This document shows positions 49,476-64,000 of a stretch of 64,000 bases of DNA, in pieces. How positions within the stretch are numbered: position 1 is the first letter of the stretch; each line of letters starts with the position of its first letter. The position numbers and the translations under genes were made by a program. The notes below the pieces were generated by a model. That model did not search any database and was not told the origin of the DNA. It saw nothing but the letters and a program-made list of their open reading frames with translations. This stretch comes from Mobula hypostoma (lineage: Eukaryota), in assembly GCF_963921235.1 (NCBI RefSeq), contig NC_086097.1, positions 229,154,001 through 229,218,000 on the forward strand. The letters are read 5' to 3'.

Positions 49476-51071
49476 TAAATAGTCCTTGAAATAGCCTGAA
49501 TTGTAACCCTGGCCTTCTCACAATGTCATTCACCAGTGCTTTGCAAAATTTATCTTCAGTTTCAAGAACAACACAAAATACTTAAAGACACAAGTTATGA
49601 AAACCAATCATAACAACCTTGAGATCCAAATTTGTCATCTTCCAATCACCTGTCCTTACCGAAGAATTCAATCAAACTTTCAACTGTTCCACATCCAAAA
49701 GCCTTTACAAATCAAGCCTTAATAATTTTTCATCTCAACTATTTACCTTATTGACCTTAAAAAAACACAATTACATTAAATTTTCCATCTTCAAATTTTA
49801 TTTGTGCTCAACTCTGTTCAAATAACAGGATTATAAACTTAAATTGAACTCAGCTCTGTTGTTTCTTGTTTAGGTTTCAGAAATCATCTTGTGTTCCAAT
49901 ACCCAATTGTATTGTGCCACCACTCTTAAGTGGTTACTGGCCTTTGAGCTTCTGCAGTCAAGGTATATGGAAGACACTGTAGAATCAGATGCTGCCAATC
50001 TTCGTGCTGGCCAGGGAACAGCCCTGAATTCCCTATTTCAGAGCTGAATGAACTGCCCAGCACAAAGCCTGTGCACAGTAGGCAATTCATTGCTCCAACA
50101 GCACAAAACAAATGCAGGCATTTGCTCCAGGTTCCCAGTAGATCAAGTAGATGTCCTTCTAATTACACATGGGATATTTTCCTGGGGATGCTTGGACTGC
50201 AGAATAAGAATACTGATGATCACCTTCCCTAAATATCACAATGCTGTTATCTGGTATATTAATCATCTACTATAAAGCCAATTTTTTTTACCTCATTGAA
50301 TTTTAATATCATTGCATTTAACTTTCACTTCAAATTAGAAAGACCCCTCAATCAGAATCCGATTAGTAGAAAAATCTGTATCCCAATAGAGAATTCAAAA
50401 CTCTTTATTAACTGGAGTATAATATGTTTTAACTACTCTTAATACCTAAATAATTACCTGCTACAGACAAATGGATGGCCAAAGGGCAGATTCCAACGAT
50501 CAACCTGAAACATTAACAGTTTTTCTCTTCACTGGAGCTGCCTGAACTGTTAACTATTCCTAGCATTTTTGCTAAATCCTTTGATTTAATACTTTTCTAT
50601 AAATACACTTGGAAACTTAAAAGCTTTGTAATGGATGCCATTTTTTTTAAACAGGGACCTCAATCTGTCATATGAATGGCATGAGGAAGGCCCAACATTT
50701 ATACTGATATATTTTCACAAATGGTTTCTGTCAAATCTTAGTTTGGATGAAGAATGTGACAGCCAATGGTTTTGGAACCCAAAGGTATTCCGTTAAGAAT
50801 GAACCAAGTCTATGTGCAAGTTGCCACCCAAAAAAAATTCAAGCAAAGGAGCATAAATCATCCTGTTTGCCATCTGAGAAATACTGATTGATATGCATAC
50901 GGAAAATGCTAACTGAGCTGCTGTTAAGGTTGAAGGTACTAAAACAGAACCAAGAAAGCCAATATGAAAAGAAAGGTTAAAACATGTTCTTGATTCGGAT
51001 TTGGGAAATACTAGCTACTAACAACATAATTTAGGGAGGGAACCTCTTGATTTCATTTAACATGAAACTGT

Positions 51072-51455
51072 TGGGATTGGGAATGGGAATGACTTTATTT
51101 CTTACATTCTTCACATACACGAGTAGTAAGAATCTTTACATCTCTGTCTAAATGTGCAATCATAGTAATTTATAAAAATTTACAATAAATAGAACAGTCA
51201 ACTTAATAGAGTACACTCAAATCAGCTTGAGTTCATCAGTCTGATGGCCTAGTGGAAGTAGTTGTCCCGGAACCTGCTGGTCCTGGCTTTTATGCTGCTG
51301 TACCGTTTCCCAGATGGTAGCAGCTGGAATAGATTGCGGTTGGGGTGACTTAGGTCCCCAGTGATCCCTCAGACTCCCCCACCCCCCCCACACCTGTATT
51401 TGTAAATGTCCTGAATCATGGGAAGTTCACAACTACAGGTGCACTGGGCTGTCAT
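51072..51455 (-). mobile_element. Rex1/Babar-like LINE 3' tail
   Basis: Reverse complement resembles 39070-39420 (IQDIYK..SGKRY.SIKART..). Confidence 0.7.
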
Positions 51456-53273
51456 ACTCAACATTTCCCTACTAATTATGGGAGGAAAACATTAGAATAC
51501 TCTGTCACAAGGTGCATATAAATCACAATAAATTGACCTTAAAATGAAATGCAAACTAATGGTCATGATACACAATGAAGTAAAAATCTGGTTGGGGAAA
51601 ATGAGGTGGGAAAAACAAGCATCTGGCAAATGGCTCATAGCAAAAGAATGGGGATAGGAGATGAGTGTTAGACATGAAAAGCCGACAACTATTGGATTTT
51701 CCTTTAACAGGGTCCAAAGCCAGCTATTTAAGTAATGGAAATTTGCCCTTACAGAATCCACAACTCATGACTAAAAATAATACACAGAATAAAATCCATT
51801 AGTGGAATTTGTGAAGTTTTTCCAAATTTCATTTCTACATGTGGCTCTGTATTTATGGGAAGAGTACAAACTGTTTTCCAGGAATGCAAGCCTCCTCCTC
51901 CCAGTTATCCAGCAATCCCCTGTACTTTACAGTATTGTGAAGTTCCCACTACAATTCTGATGCAGACACTGCCTGTTGCTAATAGTGAATACACCAGAAA
52001 GTACATGTCAAGTTTCAGAATTAACATGGACAACCCAGAAATAATTTGTATTTTCACAGTTTGTGGTCTTTTGCACACTGATTCAATGCGCTCAGTTGGT
52101 GCAGTCTTTTGTAAGATTCTATTATGGCTACTATTTATTGAGCTTGTCCACAAGAACATGAATCTCAGGGTTGTATATGGTGACATACGTACCTTGATAA
52201 CAAATTTAGTTTGAACTTTGAAGTGATTGGAGTAATGGCAGGGGGAAGGGGGGGGGGAGGGAAGAGGGAAGAGGAGAATGTCAGAGGTATGTTTTTAAGC
52301 ACAGTGATAGGTATGGGGTGGTGGTACATTTGGGACATTTAAGGACTCTTTGACAGACACATGGATGAAAGAAAAAAAATGGTGTGTTATGTAACCCTAG
52401 GGTTCATATTCCCTATGAACTGGGGGAGGGGGAGGGGTATGTTCAACACAAGCACCTTGTTATTAAGAGAGAGGCAAAGACTGCTCACAGTTTGCTTGGA
52501 GATAGTGTTATGGTTTCTCTGCAGCGTGTTTACACTTTTGCAAGGACACTGTCAGCTTCTCTGTTCTTAGAGAGAGAAGGGAGGAGCTACTTGATGGACA
52601 GTTAATGTTCAGCATGGTGAGATAAATAGGTCAGCTGATAGACACACAGACATGGTTTTGGACACTGGATGAGCTTTGTGTGCCCACAGAAAGGTGTTTT
52701 TTTTAAAAAAAAAGAGGATCGATCAGGTGAACCGATCAGTGGCTCTCTCAGTGAGGAAAAGGTATGACTGGTGGGAAGTTATCAGTGTGTCCAACCCATG
52801 CCTGGGTTGATAACCTCACCACAGAAAAATGGTCCCCTTGTTGTGGTCACGGTCGGTGACTTTAAAAGAAGTTTGCAGAGGGGAGAGGAAGGTTTGAAAC
52901 AGAAGAAACCTCGTGACAAAGAGATCACTGTTTGGACTCTCTCCTAAGTAGCCCGTGAGGGTGAGTAGAGTTCCATTCGAATACAAAGGTGTGACTGTCA
53001 CGTAGTTAATCCACAAGAGTGGGCTCTCTGGTGAGGGAAGTACCTTTGTGAATACCACTTGTGTGTTACCCTTATTTGGGTGTGGTAGCTCACTGAAGAA
53101 AGGCACTCCTGCGGCAAATCACTATTGGAGTTATTTCGTATGTCGTGGAACTGAATAAGTGGCTATCACAGTTGTGTGTTTGGGGTAACCTTGTGTGGAA
53201 ACTACCTGTGTGTGATAATCCTTGCCTGGTTTGGTAGTTTTACCACTTGAAGACGGTACCTCAGTGATAGACT

Positions 53274-55467
<2,194 letters not shown>

Positions 55468-55842
55468 GACTGTTGGGGATAATCCATACGTGGATTCTGT
55501 TGGAGTATCCTGCAGTCGCCATTTTGGAATGACCCGTAGCTGAATTCGGGTGTGGTACCACTTGTGTTGAAAGGATATTCGTTGAAGATCACTGTCAGTG
55601 ATACCTCGTGTGTGGAATGGAACAACTTCGGAGATAAAACCTACTACTATTGTTATCTTGTATTGCTGTTGTGGAAACTGTGGAATATCGACATAATTGC
55701 CTTCTCTCGACATTTACCCTGGATTACAAATATCTCTCTTATCACCTATTCCGTGGATGAACTGAACTTTCATACTTTACCATCTCAAGACTCTAAGCCT
55801 TGTTTCCCCCAAGCTCAATAGTTTGGGAGTTATATTTGCACA

Positions 55843-56522
55843 TGTAAGGGGGTTTCATCTCTTATGTTACTGCGTAGGCTCATTAAAATGGCTTCTTTGT
55901 TATGTTATACTTGGGAATGCTTCTTTGTTATGTTAAACGCTGAGAAAGTTTTTGTGCTAGCAGCTTGTTTTGGTTTAGAGTGTGATAAGAATATGTTACA
56001 AACCAATTGGGATAGTTGTTATGTTTTTGGTGTATTTGAAGATACTGTATGCGCGGGGTTTTGGGGGAGAAGACGGGGGAGAGAGAGAGAGAGACAGAGG
56101 ATGGACCAGGTGCTGTGATGTCCGCTAACGGGGTCGGATCCCGAGGAGGGTGTTCGGCGAAGAGACGGAGACGGGACTCGTGTGGAACGTCTGTTCGACC
56201 ACCATTGTTGGTCCCAGGGGTCACAGGGTGAAGAAGAAGGGTCCTGAGCTCCAACTGTTTGTGCACGAAGAGATTGAACTTTGATAAGTGTGGTGACTTT
56301 TATTTTCCTTTTATATTTTATTCTCTATTAATTACATAGTTCCAGTAATATCTATAAACTGTAAATCATTCAATTGTATCTGATGTATTGTCTGTTATTT
56401 GGGTGGGGTGGGGTACATCACACAGCATCCACACAAACAAATTATCCAGTTTGGCAGGGCTGAGGGCTGTTTCCCTAGACGACAGCGAGCCGAGCGACCC
56501 TGAGGCCGACCGGGGGGCTACA
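55843..56522 (+). mobile_element. Gypsy-type solo LTR C nested in LTR A (orientation uncertain)
   Basis: Termini TGTAAGGGGG and GGGGGGCTACA; CACA TSD (55839-55842 and 56523-56526). Confidence 0.8.
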
Positions 56523-58347
56523 CACACATATGTACACGTAACACTGCTAACTTGTTTGATTTATCCGGTTATATATGACTGTATTATGCAGTTACTAATA
56601 AAAATAGCTTATATTAACACCAATACCAGACTCTAGCTGTTTTCCATTTCTGCTGGTTCTTTAACCTGTCACGGGGTAAGTGACAAGTGAAAAGAGAAGG
56701 ATTAAAATAGATTAAAAGGTGGGCACAACATTATGGGCTAAGGGTCTGTACCTTGCTGTGTTCATCCTGCAGCTACCCTCCCATGCAACAGCAGCAAGCA
56801 ACACCTACTTTACTCCTTTCCCTTCTGCCTTAGTAGATCCCAAACACTTTCTAGGAATATCCAAAAATGCTTGTATTTTTGATATGGCTCAAATGCGCAC
56901 AACATGATCTACTCTGGAAACCAAACACAGATTGAATGACCACTTTGAGCAGCACATTGCAAGTCAAAAATATAACCCAGAACTTCCATGAAACTACCAC
57001 TTATTTTCAATTCTTTTCCTTACACTATTCCAGTGATGCTCAAAAAGCAGCTCCTTTTATGACTCAAAGCCCGACCAAGATTCTGCTTTTAAATTTAAAA
57101 CTGCACATCCTTTTCCCATTACCGCTCTTTGCACATTGAATCATCTTCCATTCTGCCATTTTTTTCTACATTTCATCCTGCCATGAACCTTTTGTTCCCT
57201 CATCCCTCTACCCCTTCCTGTGCATCTCAAAACCCATTTCTCAAAATGTCTAAAGAATACAAAATGCACCTCAATCTCCCATCCCAATAGCATGAGTAAG
57301 GCCACACAAATAAATCCCACCTGCAGTTTTGAGAGGGTAATTGCAACTTGATGAAACCACTTATCTTAGCTTCTAATTAATTTTATCAAGATGCCAAAAA
57401 CCTTTTCAGCAGGATCATCCTTTTTCGAGGTTGCTTTTGTGACAGTCAAAGGAACATTCATTCAAGTCACATTCCAGCTGCTCAATATAATTCAGTCAAC
57501 ACACATACAAGTACTGATTAAGCACTCACTAATGCTGAACTTTACACAAGATGTTAACTAAGACCTAATATTTACTGTCTTGCTTCTAATTGCTTTTAAA
57601 ATTTCATGAGAGGTTTTCTCTCCAACCCACTCATCCATGAACCAATCACCAGCTTCTAATACACCAAATTACTTAAGCATTCATTTCATTGCTGTTGTGA
57701 CACTTGATCCACTATTTGTTACTTTACTATACAACACTGTTGGAAAATATTTAACAGGTCTGCTAAACAATTAATTTTCCTTTCCAAATTTTTTTCCAAT
57801 TCCTCATCCTCTTTATAAAGCAATATCAAATATAATTAAACCAAATAGATCCGTACAGTGGCAACATGCAGATTACACAAATTTCAGATTTTTGCTATGT
57901 CACTTCAAAAAGGTGACATTAGCAGTGGTGATTCAATTGGCTTTAGCTTTTCACCTGCAAGTTATTTCCCCCTGCCACACAAGCACTTTGTTATAATGGA
58001 AATAAATGACATGCTTATCAGTTGACAGATCTGTCTACCTCAAGTAAAATACAAGGTGAAGGAATTCAATCAACAGGAAGAAAATTCTCAAGTAGTTCCA
58101 TTTGCATTCTTTAGTCCTAGAATTTCAGAGCAGATATTAAAGTGAAATCTCACTTGCTACCAATGACAGTCAAAGAATAAAAAAAGCAACCAAAATGTGG
58201 CAGAAAACTGCAGAGTAAAACTTAGTAGAATTAATAATAAATCTCGTTTTATCAAGACCAATTCTAAAATTAGGTATTCAAAATAACCAGCAGCATTAAG
58301 CAAACAGCAGTATCATAAATAGTACTACCATTTGAGACTAAACGTGA

Positions 58348-58500
58348 ACAGCACAATGGCAGAACTAGTGGAGCTTCTGCCTCATAGCTCCAGTGATCTA
58401 GATTTAATCCCAACCTGTGAAATTTATATATTCTCCACGAGTGCATGCATTTTTCCCATGTGCTCTTTTCTCCCTTCGCAATTCAAAAAGATATGTAGTG
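58348..58500 (+). mobile_element. Degenerate tRNA-derived V-SINE-like element
   Basis: tRNA-like head GCACAATGGCAGAACTAG..GCCTCATAGCTCCAG..GATTTAATCC followed by a V-domain-like TTCTCCAC..TTTTCCCATGTGCTC..CTCCC..CAAAAAGATATG. Confidence 0.55.
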
Positions 58501-58715
58501 ACTCTGTCTCTCCGGTGTTTTCATCCACACTACAACAGTCATAACACTTGATGGAAAAAAGGAGATCATTTTGGTCGAAGGGGAAAAAAAGCAAGCACAA
58601 AGAAAAATGAACTTAATCACATAGTAATAAACTTATGAAACATGCAAAGCAATTAATTTCAAACTTGCACCATCCAACTAACCTATCATTCAAAGTGCTA
58701 TTCCTAAACCAAGTA

Positions 58716-59925
58716 ACACAAAATGGAGGAACTCAGCAGGTCAGGCAGCATCTATGAAGAGGAATAAACAGTCCACATTTTAAAGTTCAAAGTAAAAGTT
58801 ATTATTATAGTCATACTTTATTGATCCCGGGGGAAATTGGTTTTCGTTACAGTTACACCAATAATGAATAGTAATAAAACCATAAATAGTTAAATAATAA
58901 TATGTAAATTATGCCAGACAATTATGAAATAAGTCCAGGACCAGCCTATTGGCTCAGGGCGTCTGACCCTCCAAGAGAGGAGTTGTACATACATGTCACC
59001 ATATACAACACTGAGATTATTTTTCTGCAGGCATACTTAGCAAATCTACAGATCAGATACTATAAATAGGATCTATAAACCTCAGGAACTGTAAAGTGTA
59101 AACTGTGAACAAACTGTGCAAATGAAGATATGAATAAATAGCAATAAATAACAAGCATGAAATAACAACATAACAGAGTCCTTAAATAGGTCCTTAAATT
59201 AATGTAGCCATCCCCTTTTGCTCAAGAGCCTGATGGTTGAGAGGTAGTAACTGTTCTTGAACCTGGTGGTTCAAGTCCTGAAGCACCTCTACCTTCTCCC
59301 CAATGGCAGCAGCAAGAAAAGAGCATAGCCTGGGTGGTGAGGATCTCTGATGGATGCTGCTTTTCTATGACAATATTTCATATAGACGTGCTCAATGGTT
59401 GAGAGGGTACGGGCCAAATCCACGACCATTTGTAGACTTTTCTCATCAAAGGCATTGCTGTTCCCATACCAGGCTGTAAGGCAGCCAGTCAGCACATTTT
59501 CCCCACACATATATAGATGTATGTCAAGACTTTCGATGACATGCCAAAACTCCGCAGACTCCTGAGGAAATAGAAGCGCTGTTGCGCTTTCTTCACAATA
59601 ATATTTATATGATGGGTCCACGACAGGTCCTCTGAGATAGTGGCACTCAGGAATTTAAAATTATTGACCCTCTCCATTTCAGGCTGAGACTCTTCATCAG
59701 GGTTGGAAAGGAAAGGCAAAGAAGCCGGAATAAGGTGGGGTGTGGTGGGGGAAAGTGCAAGGAGTACAAACTGGCAGGTGACAGGTAGGAGGCCTGAAGA
59801 TGAAGGAATCCAATAGAGAGTGGACCATGTCAGAAAAGGAAGGAGGAGGGGCACTAAGGGGAGGTGATGGGCAAGTGAAGAGAAGAGTAAGAGAAGCCAG
59901 AACAGGGAATGGAAAAAGAAAGAAA
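58716..59925 (-). mobile_element. Penelope-like terminal fragment split by a Rex-like LINE
   Basis: ACACAAAATGGAGGAACTCAGCAGGTCAGGCAGC..CAGTCCACATTT resumes at ~59675 as CATTTCAGGCTGAGACTCTTCATCAGG. Confidence 0.7.
58781..59674 (-). mobile_element. Rex1/Babar-like LINE 3' part, with a further short LINE tail at ~58805-58985
   Basis: MERVNNFKFLS..DLSWTHHI..KKAQQRFYFLRSL and RDPHHPGYALFLLLP; tail TTTACTTTGAACTTT. Confidence 0.8.
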
Positions 59926-60461
59926 GGGGAAGGTCTTGATCTTCAAACATCTTTTGCTCAATTGATTAAAGTCTGTTCTGGTGCCTTGAAAGTGAGGGTG
60001 ATTTTTTTTCTCATCATTTGATGTATACCTTCCTGAGATGAGAAATTATCCACATCTTCCAAGGTCTTGTGAACTTTAACTATGAAGTGAATAATAAATA
60101 GTTTTGTGGTCTATCCAGGTGTCGACCGTGAGATCGTTGTACGCAGGCGTCATCTTGACATGAAGTGTCCTACAGAAGATGCAAGTTTCAGATTGTGCTG
60201 CACTCAGGACTTCAAAGCCAACATTAAAGTTGTGCACAGATTATGAAACAATACAGCAAAGTGTAGGAACAAGTCCTTCAGCCCACAATTCTTAACACCA
60301 ATCAGGATGCCATTCTAACTAATCCCATAAACTTGCACATCTATATCTTTCAACTCCCTGTCTCATGTACAGTATCAGCCTTTTAAACATAACCATAATA
60401 TAAAGTACGAGGAAACTTTTCTCAATCGTCACGAAATCCACAACCTCTGTCTATAAAGGCT

Positions 60462-60867
60462 TCAGTCGTCCAGGTCACTGTATCAAGCAGTAGTGAATCA
60501 AGGCAACTGAACTCAATGTGTTGTCCAGAAGATGTTTCGCCACTCATCAGCGAGGTTTCTTCAGTTCTAATCTATCGTAAGTAGTTTTCTGGTTTATAAA
60601 CTCCGAGTTGTTTAAAAGTAAAACAAACATAAGGCTTGTTAAGAGTCGTAGGGGGAATGAGAGGACCGTTAGTCTTATCTTTGCATGAATGAACCCTCAT
60701 ATGATTGCCATACCTTGAAACAACTTAGTTTATAAGCCAGAAAACTACCCAACATGAATTAAAACTAAAGAAGCATCTCAGATGAGTGGCGAAACAACCT
60801 CTAGACAACACAGCAAGCCCAGATGCCTTGACTTATTACTGCTTGATACACATCCTCTGGTTACTGA
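60462..60867. mobile_element. Palindromic element with ~150-bp arms, second Penelope-derived family
   Basis: TGTATCAAGCAGTAGTGAATCAAGGCA and TGCCTTGACTTATTACTGCTTGATACA inverted arms, each containing a CTGAAGA..GAAAC hammerhead-like motif. Confidence 0.75.
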
Positions 60868-60869
60868 CT

Positions 60870-62186
60870 CTAGTCTTGGAAACCTTCCTCCAAATTATTA
60901 GGTGAAGTCAGGTGGGCAGGAAAGGTAAAGTGTTGGAGAGGGATGAATCTGATAGGAGTGGACCATACTAGAAAGAGAAGGAGGAGGGTACACGGGGAAG
61001 GCGATAGAAAGATGTGAAGAGGTAAGAGACCATAGTGGGGAATAGAAGAAAAGGGAAGAGGAGGGAATTTTTCTTTTAAACCAGAAGGAGAAATCGATAT
61101 TTGTGCCATCAGGTTGGAGGCTATCCAGACAATACAAAGTGTTGTTCCTCCACCCTGAGGGTAGCCTCATCATGGCACAAGAGGCAGCCATGGACCAACA
61201 TATCAGGAAAGAAATGGTTATCGGAATTAAAATGTTTGGCCACTGGGAAGTTCTGCTTTTGGTGGATGGAGTAGTGGTGTTCAATGAAGCAGTCCAACTT
61301 ATGATAGGTCTCACCGATGTAGAGGTCACATCAGGAGCACCAGGCACAATGGACGACCCCAGCAGATTCACAGAAGAAGTGTTGCCTCACCTTTAAGGAC
61401 TGTTTGTGACCCCGAATGGAAGTGAGGGCGGTGGTGATTAGGCAGATGTATCATTTTGGCCGCTTGCAGGGATAACTGCCAGGAGGGACGTCGGACAAGG
61501 GAATTACACAGGGAACAATCCCTGTGTAAAGTGGTGGGGGTGGAAGAAGTAAAGATAAGTTCGGTGTTGGGTTCTTTAGAGATGGTGGATGATGCAGAGA
61601 ATGATGTGCTGGACGTGGAGGCTCATGGGGTGATAGGCAAGGACACAAGGAATGAAATCACTGTTAAAAAAGCAGGAGAAAGGGTGTGCATGAATGTTCA
61701 GAAAATGGAGGAGGTGCAATTGAAGACAGCATCAATGGTGGAGAAAGGGAAACCCATACTTTGAAGTAAGAGGACATCTCTCATGTCCTGAAAAGGAAAA
61801 CCTCATCCTAGGAACAGATGCAGCAGCAGAGAGGAAGGAACTGAGAAAAGGAATAGCATTTTTATAGGAGACTGTGTGAAGAAGTATAGTCACGATAACC
61901 ATGAGAATCGGTAGGTTCATAGATGTCGGTCGACAGCTTATTTCCAGAGGTGGAAAACTGAGAGATCAAGAAAGGGAAGGGAGGTGTCAGAAATGGACCA
62001 AGTGAACTTAAGGGCAGGATGGAAGTTGGAGGCAAAGTTGATTAACTTGATTGAGCTCAGCATGGGTGCATAAAGCAGCACCAAAGCAATTGTCAATGTA
62101 GCAGAGGAAGAGTTGGGGGGAGAATTTTGAAACATGAACACTTCTATGTAGCCAATGAAAAGGCAGGCATAGCTGGGAGGAGCCAA
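60870..62186 (-). mobile_element. Penelope-like element with RT and GIY-YIG remnants
   Basis: PSYACLFIGYIE and FASNFHPALKFTWSISDTSLPFLDL (PLE RT); LDSLQPDGTNIDFSF (C-terminus). Confidence 0.85.
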
Positions 62187-62269
62187 AGGAAAATATGCTA
62201 TTATTTAGTGCCTTTCCATCAAACCTATTGTTAGCTTTTTCAGCTCCAAAAGAGGACTACCAATTTCTC

Positions 62270-64000
62270 AGTTGAAGGCCTTCAGGATTGCAAGGGACAA
62301 AACTAGACCTCTGGAAGATCAGAATGGTACTCCATGTGTGGACCCAAAAAAGATGGGAGATCTTAAATTTTTTGCATCTGTATTTACTCAGGAGACAGAC
62401 ACAGTCCATAGAAATGAGGCAAAGCTACATCAACTTCATGGACCCTATACAGATTACAGAGGAGGAGTCTGCTGTCCTGAGGCAATTAGGGTGAATAGAT
62501 TCCCAGGGCCTGACAAGATGATTCCTCGGACCCTGTGGGAGGCAAGTGCAGAAATTGCCGGAGCCCTGGCAGAGATATTTAAATCATTCTTAGCGACAGT
62601 TGAGGATTGGAGGATAGCCAATGTTGTTCTGCTATTCAAAAAAGGCCTGAAAAACAAATCAGGATATTATAGGCAGGTGAGCTTGACATCAATAGTGGAA
62701 AAATTATTGGAACATATTCTAAGGGACTGGATATACAAGTATTTGGATAGACATGTACTGCTTAAGGCTCGTCAGCATGCTTCATGTGTGGTTGGTTGTG
62801 TCCAACCAGACTCTCAGGATTTTTCAAGGAAGTTATTAAGTTGAAGGCAAGCCAGTGGACGTTTAAAAGGATCTAGTGCTTTCCTGACATACATGACAAA
62901 TAAACTCGTCTTGGGCTTCCAGCTGGGCACAGAAAGCCCAAAAAGAGTTTATTCTCAGCGGATTTTTAACACTTCAGCAAGGCACTTGACAAGGTACCAC
63001 ATGGACGGTTGGTCAAGAAGGTTCAGTGCTCAGCATTGAAGATGAGGAAGTAAACTGGATTAGACGTTGGGTTTGTGGGAGAAGCTGGAGTGGTAGTAAT
63101 TGGCTGCCCTTCTGACTGGAGGACTGTGACTAATAGAGTGCCACAGAGACAGGTGCTGGGTCACTTGTTTGTCATATCAACAATATGGATGATAATGTGG
63201 TTAACTGAATCAGCAAAATGCAGATGACACCAAGATTGAAAGTATAGTGGACAGCGAGGAGTACTATCAGAGCTTACAGCCAGATCTGGACCAGCTGGAA
63301 ATAAAAATAGGCTTTAAAAAAATGGCAGACAGAATTTAATGCAGACAAGTGCGAGGTGTTACACTTCGGTAGGACCAACCAGGGTAGTTCTTACTCAGCG
63401 AATGGTAGGGCACTGAGATGTGCAGTAGAACAAATGGATCTGGGAATACAGGTTAATAATTCATTGAAAATAATGTCACAGATAGGGTCATACAGGAAGC
63501 TTTTGGCACAAAGTACAAATCTTATAAAAAGTATAAGCAAACTCATGCATTTTTCCACGCAGAAAGCAGTAAAGCAGCTAAACTAACAGATTATAACCTT
63601 TCTCATTGGCTCAGTATTAGCACATTACCCATTTTAATTATGTAACCTATTAATTCATTCGTATCCAAGGAATTTCTTTCATCTTCTCCGTAAAAGTGAT
63701 AGATTTTGCAGAACTGCCACCTCTCATCTTACACCCCTGAATAATAATTCCCTTAACTTTATTTCTCAACTTTTCATTTAGTTTGCTGAGTACTTGTATA
63801 TTTGTACTCTAAAATAAACTAAAATCGTGGAATTAACACTGCTCATCATTTTAGACTCCCGCAAAAACCCTAAATATCAGAAATAAAGAAAGATCCAAAA
63901 GCACATTGACCTTCATAATTCAAAGTATTGAGCACGGGAGATAGGGTGTTATGTTGAAGTTGTAATAGACATTGGTAAGGCCCAATTAGGAGTACTGTGT
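62270..64000 (+). mobile_element. Degenerate, fragmented CR1 (interrupted ~63510-63895)
   Basis: FFASVFTQE, EDWRIANVVLLFKKG, YRQVSLTS, FSKA.DKVPH and LHFGRTNQG motifs. Confidence 0.8.

Noticed and set aside
49660..49720. Phase-1 donor as a TPD52 first exon
   Set aside because: There is no in-frame ATG before an upstream stop, and LIEFF looks like decayed CR1 RT.

Overview
This is vertebrate nuclear DNA, not prokaryotic. The repeat complement (abundant CR1, Penelope-like, Rex1/Babar-like and V-SINE-like copies) suggests a cartilaginous fish such as a ray; that assignment is an inference. The single host gene is TPD52 (tumor protein D52) on the minus strand. Seven GT-AG coding exons, including 27-nt and 42-nt cassette exons, splice in frame from 40551 to a TAA stop at 3678, followed by a ~0.9 kb 3' UTR with AATAAA at 2805-2810. 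No first exon was recognisable, so it probably lies beyond 64000. The rest is intronic or flanking DNA dense in transposon fossils, often nested: CR1 LINEs (one with a 563-aa open RT ORF), Penelope-like elements, RTE, Rex1/Babar-like LINEs, Tc1, mariner and Tigger MITEs, a complete Chapaev3-type transposon, and three nested Gypsy-type solo LTRs containing a 1.26 kb (TA)n(CA)n tract. The strongest leads are (1) two families of palindromic, MITE-looking elements whose arms carry decayed minimal hammerhead-ribozyme motifs, (2) a Tigger element resembling mammalian Tigger4/MER2, a possible horizontal transfer, and (3) a candidate extra in-frame 30-nt TPD52 microexon. Family names come from motif recognition without database searches, and boundaries of degenerate copies are approximate.
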